Assembly: GCA_028534125.1 (NCBI GenBank)
Contig: CM052832.1
Location: 12,526,001-12,590,000, forward strand
Length of the DNA: 64,000 nt
DNA from: Lama glama
Taxonomy: Eukaryota
Reading direction: 5' to 3'
The translations under genes were made by a program, and so were the position numbers. A model generated the notes under the pieces. It was not told the DNA's origin. It made no database searches and worked only from the letters and a program-made list of their open reading frames with translations. Below are positions 1 through 12,421 of the stretch, one piece after another. Each line of letters opens with the position of its first letter. Positions within the stretch are counted from its first letter, which is position 1.

Positions 1-586
1 GGTCCCGAAACCCTCCGCTCTTGGTCCTGGGTGATGCTGGGGGACGTTTCTCCACAAACTGCCAACCCCTGGAAATCTCTCTTCTCGGTCCTCCCACAGC
101 CGACTGACTCTTCCAGTTCCACCCAGAGAATTGGTCTCCCTTTAACAGTAATGAACTTCTGGGAAATGTCCCTCCTGTCCTCCGCCTCAGCAATGGCGGG
201 GGATGGGGGCGCGGGAGGGTAGTGTCTTGGTCAGGTTCGGTGCCCCCAGTCTTAGAGACACAAGTGTACTCCTTATGCCTGCGCTAGGAGAACCTCTCTT
301 CTTCCTGGAGTGGACATTTTGGTTTTGCGAGGGGAGCTGTGGCCGAACCAGTGATGGAAATTGATAAGTGACCAAAAAGTTTGAGCCACTAAAAATGAGT
401 CCTTTAGTGCTCCTTGTCTTTGATCCTGGACTCATTCTGAGCCAGCCAGTCGTGACCAGAAGGTGATTGGTGATGACCAAATTCAACAAGGAGAAAAACT
501 TAACACCAGACCTCCTGGAGAGTTGACCCATTGCTGAGGCCCTTATGGACGAACTTCTCAGTCTCTACCACTTCCAGGAAGGCTTC

Positions 587-728
587 CTGGCTCTTAGAAA
601 TAGCTGCTGTGTACTCTCCAACCCAGCGGGGATAAGAGAGCCTCAGAGGGTATCACTTAGGTTAATTTTATTACCAAATGTTGTTATTTCTGTATCTACC
701 ATTCTGTTTCTGCATGTTCTGTGGACTT
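587..728 (+). repeat. Copy 1 of a diverged ~145-bp direct duplication
   Basis: ctggctcttagaaatagctg...gagagcctcaga...ttttattaccaaatgtt...ctgtggactt recurs 897 bp downstream. Confidence 0.85.
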
Positions 729-1483
729 ACTTACGTGGATGTTGCTTCTTTTGTCCTCTAAAGAGCAAGGACCACATTTAACTTAGCATACTCCTAGAGA
801 GACTGTTGATGATGAAGATAGTAATTGCAAAAATCAAGCCACTTAAAGCCAAAGCACCCCCAAATGTGAATACTGATTTATAATGCATAATATTTAGTTT
901 CACTTTATGGATTTTCACAAGCCTTCAATAAATATTTCTGTCAAAGCCCACAGAATGGCTGAAGTCATACAGCACACCTAGCTTTCACTGGACTCATAGT
1001 TCCTCAAATCTTCACTTAAACTGACATAAAATTGCCACATTCATGAAAGGTTTACAGCCTTTGAATTTAACAAACTGAGATTAAGTGGGACTCTACTGGC
1101 ATCTTGGTGATTTTTCTTTTGTGTGTGGAAATGGAAACCCTACAACCAAAAGTAAATTGTTATATAAAACGTGATTGTTTCTCATGTTACAGACTGCTTG
1201 CCTACCTGTCTGTTTGCCAGTCATTCAATTTAACAAACATTTATTGAGAACCCAGTATGTTGAAGGCATCTCTGAAGGCTTTGTCCCTCCTGTTTGCCTC
1301 TGTCCCTTCCTCTCTTGCCCAGCACACTCTTACTGCCTCTTTAGGCCCTTGTTGCATCTTCAATGCCTTCCATACTCTGATAAGGTAGAACTGGTCTCTC
1401 CTTCCTCTGCCCATGTAGTCTCCATTATAGGACCAGGAAATTTACATATCTGTCTCTTCCCACAAAACCTAACTCTGAAAGGA

Positions 1484-1630
1484 CTGGCCCTTAGAAATAG
1501 CTGTTACTGTATCCACAATCCAGAGGGGATATGAGAGCCTCAGAAGGTATTACCTAGATCAGTTTTATTACCAAATGTTATTATTTTAATTCTGTATATA
1601 CTATACTATTTATGCATGATCTGTGGACTT
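1484..1630 (+). repeat. Copy 2 of the diverged ~145-bp direct duplication
   Basis: ctggcccttagaaatagctg...gagagcctcaga...ttttattaccaaatgtt...ctgtggactt is colinear with 587-728. Confidence 0.85.
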
Positions 1631-1724
1631 GTGGAATCCACAAATCTCAGTAGGATTGAAGCAAACTCAACAGTTTATTGAACCGAAGAACTAATCTGAC
1701 AAAAGCCACTCTTAGTTGAGGCTC

Positions 1725-2240
1725 TTTTATCTGCAGGTACAGAGAAACCCACTGAAATGTCTTCGTGCCAAAAAAAAATTTGAAGGTAATCTTACAGAAA
1801 CCAAGGGCACAGAAAGCAGCAAGATCTCATGAAGGACTGGAACAAAGATATAAAATACCAACAGGAAGCCAAGTAGCTATTCCCTCATTATCTCTTTTTC
1901 TCTCTGGTCAAATGTTCTTCCATCTCTGCTTCTCTCTGTAGAGCTGCTTCATTCATTGTAGACCTGCGTTCACTGCTTCTCTGGGTACATAGTAGAACAT
2001 GGCTATCCAAGCTTACCTAGCCTCACTTCAGGAACCAGCAGAGATTAATTAGTACCTATGAATCCTAATTCCAAGGAGAAAGAACCTTATTGGTCTAGTT
2101 CATGTCAGGTTGTCTGTTCTTACTACAGCCGCCTTTAGCCATTGGAGCAGTATGTAGTCAAGGGTCCTTGTTTTGTAATGCAAACATGGCTGCTAGAGGA
2201 CATCCTTGTAGCCTACAGTTCTCAAAGAAGGTCATTTCTG
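1725..2240 (-). mobile_element. Degenerate old MaLR LTR (MLT1J/K-like)
   Basis: Resembles recalled MLT1J/K sequence (gcaggtacagagaaacccact; ttattggtctagttcatgtcagg; aaacatggctgctag); boundaries approximate. Confidence 0.45.
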
Positions 2241-3763
2241 TTCTTGGCCAAGATTCCAAAAGGTGTCTACCACAGACCAAAACAGGAGTAAACTGCAGCC
2301 GGAAATTCAAAAGCATAAAGAACAAGGATATGTTTAAGAATTTTACAACAAACTGCTACTTCAGCTATTCCAGGCCTAAATTGAAATGGCATTCCCTCAA
2401 AGAAGCCTTCACTGACACTCAGCCCCTATTAAAATTACGTTGCCCCATTTTTGTCTTCTACGGCACCTTTTTCCTTTGCAGCACCTATCACAGTTTATAA
2501 TTAAATATTTACTTATGTGCCTCCAAAGATCATGTCTGTTTGCTGCTATATACATGATGCCCAAGCCACATTTGGTAGGCATTTGATAAATACTTACTGA
2601 GTGAATTAAAGGCACAATAATTTGTTAACCAATGTGAGACCCATGTATGAATCGGCATCCTAATCAGACTATCCTAGGGGAATGTCTCCCTCACCAACCA
2701 CCATCTCTGAAGACACTGAAACTCACTGTGAGCTTTTTCATCACACTGCAGTTGTAAGAAATGAGATACACTGTTCATCTGCTGCTTCTTGTGCTCCTAG
2801 CTGGATAACTCTTCACTTTTAGTTCCCAAGATTTCTATCTGCAGAGCCTTTGAGCCAATTCCTCTGACATGCCCACTCAGTTGGCCAAAAGCTCAGAGAG
2901 GACATAAAATTTCAGGGCATCATCAAATTAGGGGACCAAAGTGTGGGGGTAATTGGCAGAAGTGCTTTTGTCATAATTGTCTTGACTATTGTCTAATGTG
3001 GATTACATTCCAGATGAACCTGTGATGTGACTCTTGGGGGTAGTTTGCAATCACCATTGGCCCAATAGGAGCCATTAGTAGGGTTTAGTAAAGGATAATA
3101 TTAATGCTTCAGAATCCAAGGCTCTTGAAGTAGCAACTGAGGTTGCATGTGAAGGAGCCAGGTGTGGCCAAGGGCAGGGGCTCACAAGGGCTACTTTCTC
3201 GGTAATATTGTGTCCAAAGACCTTAGCCCTGGAAGTCGCAGCAAAAAAGGAGACACATGTAGAGACCTGAGGCAAAGCAGATGATCCTCCAACTCTGATT
3301 CTTATCCTTACCCCACAACTCTATCTAACTCCCTTTCATCATCATAATTCATTTCTAACCTGGTATTAGTCCCAATGTCCAATCCAAGCTCTAGCCTCAA
3401 TCTTAATCCTATTTCTAATATTAGCTGTAAAATTTAATCCTAGATTTTAAGCCTAATCCCAACCCAAGTTTAACAAGACCCACTGCCTTGCCACAGACTT
3501 ATTTTCCTTAGCTCTTCTTTTGTGTATCCCTTGACTCTGACCCCCTTGTGGGAACAGACCTCTGTAACATCCTGGACCCCTGGGGACAATGGGAGCCAGA
3601 CTCAACAATCCTAGAAAAGAAAAGAGCCTTCTTGGGCTTTTAGGGAGGAGAAAGTGACAGCATCTCTCACCTGCACAGAATGCAGGGAACCTCTGCAGTC
3701 ACAACATGGGCTGCTTGGCCTCTGAAAGTCCAGAAAAAAATGCAATCCAAGTGTAGACTCAGG

Positions 3764-4263
3764 NNNNNNNNNNNNNNNNNNNNNNNNNNNNNNNNNNNNN
3801 NNNNNNNNNNNNNNNNNNNNNNNNNNNNNNNNNNNNNNNNNNNNNNNNNNNNNNNNNNNNNNNNNNNNNNNNNNNNNNNNNNNNNNNNNNNNNNNNNNNN
3901 NNNNNNNNNNNNNNNNNNNNNNNNNNNNNNNNNNNNNNNNNNNNNNNNNNNNNNNNNNNNNNNNNNNNNNNNNNNNNNNNNNNNNNNNNNNNNNNNNNNN
4001 NNNNNNNNNNNNNNNNNNNNNNNNNNNNNNNNNNNNNNNNNNNNNNNNNNNNNNNNNNNNNNNNNNNNNNNNNNNNNNNNNNNNNNNNNNNNNNNNNNNN
4101 NNNNNNNNNNNNNNNNNNNNNNNNNNNNNNNNNNNNNNNNNNNNNNNNNNNNNNNNNNNNNNNNNNNNNNNNNNNNNNNNNNNNNNNNNNNNNNNNNNNN
4201 NNNNNNNNNNNNNNNNNNNNNNNNNNNNNNNNNNNNNNNNNNNNNNNNNNNNNNNNNNNNNNN
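3764..4263. other. Assembly gap (500 N)
   Basis: Exactly 500 N. Confidence 0.99.
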
Positions 4264-4563
4264 GTGGCCACATTCAGCTTCACCTTGGTGCTCCTAAAGC
4301 AGGAGGAGGAGTGTGTTTTTAATAAAAGAGTCTGCTTTCAGCCAGTTTACACTATCATTTCCAGACCCTTCTGGTTTTTCTCTTTCTCTCTTTCTGAGCC
4401 TCCTGCCCCCTCCTTCTTTGTTATGCAAAGCAACTTAATTCTCCTTAGCCTGGGGCTCCCCATCCAGGGTCCATGGCATCTCCTCTTTCCTGCCAAAATC
4501 ACCGACCAAGACTCAACATGGTGATTTCCTAAATGAAAGAACCACCCACTCAGACTGCATCAG

Positions 4564-4665
4564 TTTTTATTTATTTATAATTTATTTAATGGAGTTACTG
4601 GGGATTGAACCCAGGACCTCATGCATGCTAAGCATGCGCTCTACCACTGAGCCGTACCCACCACC
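4564..4665 (-). mobile_element. Camelid tRNA-derived SINE (Vic-1-like)
   Basis: Minus strand reads gggtacggctcagtggtagagcgcatgcttagcatgcatgaggtcctgggttcaatccccag (A and B boxes) plus an A-rich tail; TSD ctgcatcag at 4555-4563 and 4666-4674. Confidence 0.92.
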
Positions 4666-4719
4666 CTGCATCAGCTTTTTAAAGAAATAGCACTTTTGTT
4701 TTTCTTGCTTTAGTTTAAT

Positions 4720-4822
4720 TTTAAAGATGAAGAAACTGAGGCCCAGAGAGGCTAAATAACTTGCCCTGATCAAAAACCTCTTAATGGGTGAAACCAGAAG
4801 TTGAGTCCTGACTCCAAAATCC
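4720..4822 (-). mobile_element. MIR SINE fragment
   Basis: MIR core gaagaaactgaggcccagagaggctaaataacttgcc. Confidence 0.8.
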
Positions 4823-5696
4823 ACCAAGGTGGCTTGTTCATCTCTGTATCTCCAGAATTTAGCAAAGTGTCAGGGCTGAATTAAAGGATGCTGTAGTAGA
4901 ATCAAATTAAAGGATGGATTTGCGGGAAGAAGGCATCCTAGGCCTGTTAGGAAAACTGGAGCAGAGAAAGGGCAAATCGTTTAAGGAGTTGGTGGAGGGC
5001 AGTGAAGGGAGAGGGGGCTGGGTGCCTGCCCTCTGGCTTCCGGGAGGGGGAGCGGACTGGCCCCTCACTGTTTCCTCCGCCTCCTGCCCAGCCTTCCAGG
5101 GAGCCTGGTGCTCTGGGCAGAGGCTGCTGCCATCATTCATCAAGGCCTGGCAGCCTGAGGAAGCTCAGGGCCTATCCTGTAGGACACTTTCAATCAACTT
5201 CAGTTCAATTTATTTCCTCTAAATGACTCTGAAATGTAAATAAAATTAAATTAATGCTACTGTATTTGTCTCTGGTTAGGACTGTAATGGCTGTAGTAAT
5301 GCTGCCCCTGAGATCAGTTGTGGAGAGAGAAGCCCAGACAATAGCAGCGTGGCCAGCTTTGTGTCCCCCACCTAACCCCCCACGACCATCACCCTCCCTG
5401 CTCTGGAAGGACAGGCTGCACTGTCCAGATTCATCCCTTTTGGGGAGTGGGGAGAGCTTGTGTCACTCCTACTGTTTTTCCCTCCACCTCAGACCACACG
5501 AACCTGGACCACCTAATTGCTCACAGACTCCCATTCCCATGGACCCCCACCACCTTCTCAAATTTTTGGATCTTTAGAACAGAGCAGAATGGCTATTTCC
5601 TTTCCCACCAAGCCAAGAGCCACCGTGGCTCCCAGGCAAGGACTTGATCGCTGGGTCTACTCACCCCTCCACAGAATGGGCTCCATTGCCCTGGGT

Positions 5697-5888
5697 TGGG
5701 GTTTCTCAATCTCTGCGCTACCAACATTCTGGGACTGATCATTCTTAGTTGTGGGGGGCTGTCCTGTGTTTACCCACCAGGAGCCAGTAGCATCCACTCT
5801 CACAGTTGTGACAACCAAAAATATCTCCAGATACTGATTGCCAAATGTCCCCAGTGGGGCACAATCACTGTTGTTTGGGAACCCCTGT
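5697..5888 (-). mobile_element. MER20 (hAT-Charlie non-autonomous element)
   Basis: gttgtgacaaccaaaaatatctccaga...ttgccaaatgtcccc is the reverse complement of the recalled MER20 core; TIR remnants at both ends. Confidence 0.85.
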
Positions 5889-8084
5889 CCTAGAGGAGGG
5901 GAAAGGGAACTGGAGAAAAGAGGAAGCGTGAGGAAGAGGAGGACTACAGAATCCTACTGAGTCTCCACCAGTCTTACCTACCCTGCCTCCCAGAACAGTT
6001 TCTTAAAACACACTCACACTATTCTAACAGAAGTCATGAATGACCAACCAACCTTTGGACTAAACGACCAGGAACTCTGACCTCTTTCATCCAGAAGCCT
6101 CTCTCCACCCTCTGCCATTCCATCCTCCAGTTTACCCAGCCCAGCTTCAAGGACTGCCTACCACGAAACCAAGAGAGGGGTTTTCCTTTAGGATTTCTCC
6201 ATTGATAGAGATGCCCCAAGTCAAGGAGTTCTCAAGGAGAAAGAAACTTCTTACCAACAGAAGATTCCCAAAAGAAGGTAATTCCAAATAAGAGGTGATT
6301 TTCGAATAGAGAAGCCCCAACATTTTTTACAGATGGCACTATTAGAATTCCTCACTGTCTTCCTAGTATTCCACTGCCTGGTCCCCGAGATGGAGCAGGT
6401 TGGTGGCTGGCAGAAAGCTCTCCCAGGGTGCTGCCCCCTCATGCCCAGTGGGGCGGAAGCTAGGAGGGGAGAGGAGCCTTATCCTTCAAGGTTCAGAGGT
6501 CCTGATAGCAAAAGCAATGGCAGGGAATTTGCCCTGGGAGACGGGAGACAGGGCAAGTGTCCTCCATTCTGAGCCCTTCCACCTCAGTTCATCTCAATGT
6601 ACAGAACAGAACCAAACTGCAGGAAAACAATCTGGGATTTTAACTCTATTTATAAATCTCTTGAAGCTTTCATGTGTCCCTACAGAAGGCCTCCCAGAGC
6701 ATTCCAGCTTACACAGAGGAAATCAAAGAAAGTGAATTAGAACCACAGGACAAAGCCTGAGCCCGGAAGTCCAGGAGCCTGGAAGGCTCCCCACCTCCTC
6801 TGGATTCATTATCACAAGAAGAATTAAAATCCCATCCCCCATCCTTGGCTCTCATCATAATCTGATTTATGTGTATGTGTTTGCTATCTTTCTACCTTTT
6901 GCCAAAGACTATTCCTAACAAAATTTCTGATTTTTGAGAGTCAGCAAAACTTGTAGCCCAAAAGTACATTCCTTATCTGGAGAATGTGCATTAACCAGTT
7001 TTACGTTTGTAGGATGTATATTTGACCCATGGCTGTTGGGCTAACTTACCAGAATGTGCGGGTCTGGACCCAACTGCACTTGTGCTAATTTTAAAAATGT
7101 CTCTGCTAACTCGGCCATGCTAGGAGACCCTAATGCAGATGATAAGGAATCCACTGACCGGACAGAAAGGTGAGCACTTCACACATCTCCACATCGGTCC
7201 ATCAACACAGCAGTGACTTCCAAGTACAGCCTCCGCCCCTTCCGGGTGTCAGAAGAGCTGCTTTGTCACTCATTACTGGTAGACAATGTGCATTGTCCCC
7301 CTGAGGACAGAAGGAAAGGAGTGGGTTTAAAGTGCAGCAGGAAAGATGGAAGTTGCTCAGCCTTTGTGTGTCCCCCAGCTCCTCTGTGGAGTCCCTCTTT
7401 GTGTCAGACTCACAGCACCCCTGCACCTCTACCTGCCTGCTCCCTCCTGCTGCAGCCCTTCCTGGGCTGTCCCTGCCTCCCAGCTCTGGATGGAGCCTCA
7501 TCCTTAGGGGCCAGGGCCTGGGCCTGGAATTTCATGGACCCTGTGTCTCCCTGTGTCTCCCTATTACATTCTGGGAGGCATCTGGAAATAGAGCTGGACT
7601 GTAAGGAATCCAGATCATTTTCCAGACCCTCGCTGGAGAGCTGAAGTTAAACCTATGCCTCTTTCACGCCAAAGCACATTCGGGACAAACAGGATTAAGG
7701 AAGATTCTCTCTGCCCACCAGGGGCACTGCCCTCTGTCCCTAACTTTCCCAGCATCAGGCGTCCGTGTCCCCCCAGCCCTCTCTCCAGCAGTCTCCTCCA
7801 GGGTGAGGGATTAGCGTGTTATTGATGGCACAGAGCTCGGTCACAGTGCCAGTTTCCATTTTTGACTTTGATGGATGATGAGTGATTGGAGTAGGAAGCG
7901 TGTGCGCGCGTACTAAACAGATGAGGGGAGGGGTGGCAGACAAACAGAAAGAGGACAGGAGCAGGAGGCAGAATGAGAGGCCTAGATAGAAACTGCGACA
8001 CAGGAAGAAAGACGGAAAGAGATGAGTTGGGAAAGGAGAGTCAGATAGGGCTCTAACAGACTGGAGTTGATCCAGAGGAGCCAG

Positions 8085-8225
8085 AGGAGTTGAATTTATT
8101 ACCTCCCTGAGCCTCAGTTTCCTCACCCATAAAATGGGGACACTAATAGTAGCTACCTTATGGTGTTATTGTGAGCATGAAATGAATCAGTATCCCTACA
8201 TGCTCAGAACAGGGCCTGGCTGTTT
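8085..8225 (+). mobile_element. MIR SINE
   Basis: ctgagcctcagtttcctcacccataaaatgggg core. Confidence 0.85.
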
Positions 8226-9129
8226 TATTGAATACAAACATTAGCTCTCTTACCCTCCATCATCACTATTGTTACTATCACCAACCTCTTGTTTCCAGCC
8301 TGGGGCACAGGACACATGGGGAGAAAGACAAGCCTTCTTTGGCTCCACTGCCCCATCCTTCTCACTGCCTTTGTCCTTCTTGCCAAGTACACACTCTGCC
8401 AACACTTTGCACACCCCTCTCTCTCTCTGGGGACACTTTTATTTGGAAAATCCCCAAAGTTCTCTCTCTTCTGCACTTCCTTGATAAACTGGACAAGTAG
8501 TTCTATTTATCCGAGCTATGTGTCTTTTAAAAATAGACACATTGTATGAAGTAGGAGATGAGGAGGAACAGATGCTTTGGCTTCAGTTCTTTGAATGCTA
8601 GGCTAGGGTTTAGTTTCTGTTCTGAAATAAATGGAGACCCATGGATGATATTAGAGAAAGAGCATGGTGTGGTCCAGGCTAAGCACCCAAGGAATTGACT
8701 TTGAAGGACTATTGAGTACAGGGTAGTATTTTAAGCTCTTCTCAGTCACTTATGTGTTTATGGGAATGAGTTGCAGGTACTTTCAACAGAGGAGGTCTGA
8801 TAGCAAAGAAGGGAAGAGGAAGCATGAGGATTTGGGACAATTTTGCCTGGGGACAGTTGGCCCCAATGTAAGGGCTGCTATAGACACCAAGCAGCCAGGG
8901 CCAGGCATCTTATCCCAGGCACCTTCTATGACTAAGCCTTGGCTGGGAGCCAAATAGGGAATGGTACATACCTAAGTTGTGCTATGTGTGCATGTATGTG
9001 CACATGCATGTGGGGTAGGGGCCAAGGCTCAAACAATACACTTTGGAACACACAGTAGAAACTCCTTAGCATTACAGGGATGAGGAGGTAGAGCACCATG
9101 GTTACAAAAGCATAATCTGACATAATACT

Positions 9130-9310
9130 GGCTAGATTCAAATCCTGGCTTGTAAGTGTGCAGCCTTGAAAGTGAATAAAGCACTCTGTACCTCAGTGTT
9201 CTCATCTGTAAAGTGGGCATGATGATAGCAACTACCTCCCAGGGCTGTTTTACAGAGTAAATGAGTTAATACGCCTAAAATGCTTAGAACAGCACCCAGC
9301 AGCAGAATGA
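9130..9310 (+). mobile_element. MIR SINE
   Basis: gattcaaatcctggct...ctcagtgttctcatctgtaaagtggg...aaatgagttaatac. Confidence 0.85.
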
Positions 9311-10727
9311 GTCCCCTACATGGCATGGTTCCTATCATTACCATTATTACTCTACTACTAGTATTGTACCACATATTATTAGTATCGTTATACCATTCTT
9401 ATTAGTTGTAAGATACTGAACTGAGAATGAGGACACCCTGAGCTCGTCTTAGTCCCTGAGATTCCTCCTTCTTACCTCCTACACTCCTGTGGGGCTGTCC
9501 CCTCCTTCTTCCTTTCATGAGGATGGTCTCCAGAGGCCAACTTAGTTTACTATGGCCCTGCCCACTGGCCACTGAGTTTGGATCAGGGATGGTACCTGCC
9601 CTGAGCTTCGATATTCAGAGGTTCTGCCTAGGTGTTTGAAATTGAAAGAAAGAAAGATAGCTCTATAGGGAACCTGAGTCAGACCCAGCTTGAGGCTGGT
9701 CCTGTAATCTAAGCTCATTTGGGGCAGAGACCTCATTATGTTGGGTCCCAGCTGTGATGATACCTATGGATCCCACAAGTGACTCCTCTGTGTTGGTAAT
9801 AATAAATTTCCCCTTTCTTCCTTAAATTAATTTCTGTTTCTTTCAACCAGAGTACTAACAAACACAATCTTACATACAAGTATACTCTTCTTCTGTGTGT
9901 GTATTTGTGTATATATGGGTGTGTTTATATATATACTCTTACTCCAAAACACACACACACAAACTCATGCTGCCAATTTCAGTCACCTGTCATTAATCAA
10001 GGTCACACAGGTACTCTGGTCCCTGAGGCCAAAAGATAGAAGCTGTTGGCAGGCAAGGCCTTCATCTCTTGCAGCTGCTCCCTCCCACTCAGGCTCCAGT
10101 CCTAATGGCTTCCTGAAGTTCCATGAATGTGACTCATGCAGCCACGCCTCCACGCCTTTACACACTTGGCACGCTCTACCAGAATGCCTTCCTTTGGGCT
10201 AACTCCTCCTCCAGTTTTGAGATGCTCCAGCATCACCTCCTCCAGAAGGCCTCTCCGGGCCTTACCTCTTCTACCCAATCTGCTCTCTTCCTCCTCCTCC
10301 TCTGTGCCTTGGTGACAATTCCATCAACTGAGCATTGGCCACATTGGGTCTGTTTACCCATCTGACTTCCCGTGAACTAGGGGTTCCCTGAGGGTAGTGA
10401 CTGCACCTTTTATTTCTGAATCTCCAGTGCCCAGTTGGTGTCGGATGCACAGGTGATGCACAGTACTGCACTGAATGAGTACAGATGTTGGGGTGGAGGG
10501 TGTGGACAGATATGTCAGTATTAGTATTTTTACTATTATCCTATTTATACTACATACACTATTTACACTATTAGTATCTTCTAGTAAATTAGTACTTACT
10601 ATGCTATATACTATATACTACATACTAGGCTCTGTTTGTATGTTACCCTCTTTTATCCCCCTCAGAGCAGCCTTCAAGGTAGACGTTGTTATTGCCATTT
10701 CACAGATCAGAAAACAGGCTTAGAAGG

Positions 10728-11177
10728 TATATTAGGAATAGGTTATGTTGCAAGTAACAAAGGCCCCAAGAGAGAATTTTGTTTCTTGCTTATGTGAAAG
10801 TCCACAGGTGAGCTGTCTAGGCTGGTATGGCAGCTCTTCTGCACCCAGTCCTCAGGGCTTGCTGCTCCACCATTCCTAGTGTGGCCCTGTTATCATGGTC
10901 CAAGCTGGTGGCTAGAGCTCCAGCCATCATATCTTTTTTCCAGGTACAAGGTGGGTGAAGGGAGAATGAAGAAGAGGGTAAAGGATGCTTGACTTTTAAG
11001 GAAGGTTCCTCATAGCTGTCACATGACATTTCTGTTTATTTCCCTGGCCAGACCTTAGTCATATGGCTACCTAAGGGGAGGCTGGGAAGTGTCTTGTGGT
11101 TGGCCATGTGCTACACTAAAAATTGGAGGTTCTATTTCAATGAAAGAGGAGAGGCAACACTAGAAGTCTTTGCAACA
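10728..11177 (-). mobile_element. Old MaLR LTR (MLT1J-like) inserted into a MIR
   Basis: tattaggaataggttatgttgcaagtaac...gctagagctccagccatcat...tctttgcaaca; minus-strand MIR halves flank it at ~10620-10727 and ~11178-11260. Confidence 0.65.
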
Positions 11178-11761
11178 GAAAGGTTAAGTAATCTACCTAA
11201 TGTCACACAGTGGAGAAGTTGCCAGAGCTGAAACTCACGCCCATCTCTGTGAAACACCAGATCCAGGATTCCATTTGGTAAACAGTGCTGCTTCTTACAA
11301 TCAAAAGGACAGGGCAAGATGTTTACACACTTTTAAGGATGGGGTAGAGAATGTCAGTGATTGGAGATAAGAAGAATTCTGAGATCAAGATCAACGCACA
11401 TATGTGCATTAAAAACACAATGTCTGAGCCAGCCCCACAGGGATGGATGATCTCCACAAGAGGGGCTGGCAAATACCAATGATGCCAATGGCTGAAGCAT
11501 TCTCTCAGATGCTTCTCAGGGCCAAGGGTCCCAGAAGGACAGGGGACACTTCCAGGGTGGTAGCCTCAAGGGTCAGTGTCTTTAGCCCAAGCCCAGACAG
11601 GACCCCAGAGAGGATCCAAGAGGGGGCAAGTTTTCTTGATAATGGGCTGCAGCACTCCAGGTGGCCTAGTACTGGGCTACAGAGAGGAAGTACCAACCAC
11701 CAATGGGAAATTGCTGGATTTTGCTCTCAGAACGAAGCCTCAATCACTTCTTGAGTAAAGA

Positions 11762-11873
11762 CTGATTATTATTTTTGTATGAGCTGTAACTTACATGCAG
11801 TAAAGTGCCCTACCCTTAAGTACATCTTTACCTGTGTGTACTCCTGCATAACCTCCACTCAGATACAGGCATT
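11762..11873 (-). repeat. Left arm of an inverted repeat (old L1 3'-end fragment)
   Basis: Reverse complement of 12294-12421, with blocks of 47/49 and 30/32 identity. Confidence 0.92.
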
Positions 11874-12204
11874 CTTAAAGCTCTTTAGGATGGGCATGGT
11901 TCTGTTCTCCCAGGGGAAGAGGCACTCTGGCGCCAGCAGGAATGAGCAGGAGGGAACGAGGGAGGATGCAGCCTCAGCCAGTGGAGGCAAAGCTGTTTCC
12001 TGTCTGAAGCTGGTTGCTGCGGGGAGGGTGGGAGCACACTGGACAGCTGCTGAATGGTGACATTGGGTTCCAGCAGACTTGCATACTCTTTCAAGCTCTT
12101 CAGTCTCTCCCTCTAAAAACATATACAGTGCTGTTTTCAACTACGTGACTTTGGGCAAGTCACTTCACCCATCTCTGAACCTCTGTATCCTCCTCTAGGT
12201 TATG

Positions 12205-12421
12205 GGCAAAAATATTATTTTGCGTTCAGAATAGAGGTTACCTGTGGGGGTTATTGACTGGTGTGGGATGAGGGAGCCTTCAGGGGCTCTGGAAATGCCT
12301 ATATCTGGGCGAGGTTATGTAGGAGTACAAACAGGTAAAGATTCGTTGAGCTGTATGTTCACTTAAGGGTAGGGCACTTTACTGCGTGGAAGTTACAGCT
12401 CATACAAAAGTAAAGAATCAG
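12205..12421 (+). mobile_element. Old L1 (L1MB/MC/MD-type) 3' end inserted into a MIR; contains the right arm of the inverted repeat
   Basis: cagaatagaggttacctgtggggg...ggagccttcaggggctctggaaatg...gttgagctgta...cactttactg; MIR halves at ~12140-12200 and ~12450-12515. Confidence 0.75.

Noticed and set aside
3611..4297. Long ORFs crossing the first gap (likewise at 32384-32960 and 54730-55388)
   Set aside because: Artefacts of translating runs of N
4590..4660. tRNA-like A and B boxes
   Set aside because: SINE head with tail and TSD, not a tRNA gene
10515..10625. TA/TAC-rich quasi-periodic tract (similar one at 9330-9410)
   Set aside because: Degenerate simple repeat at MIR tails with no higher-order structure
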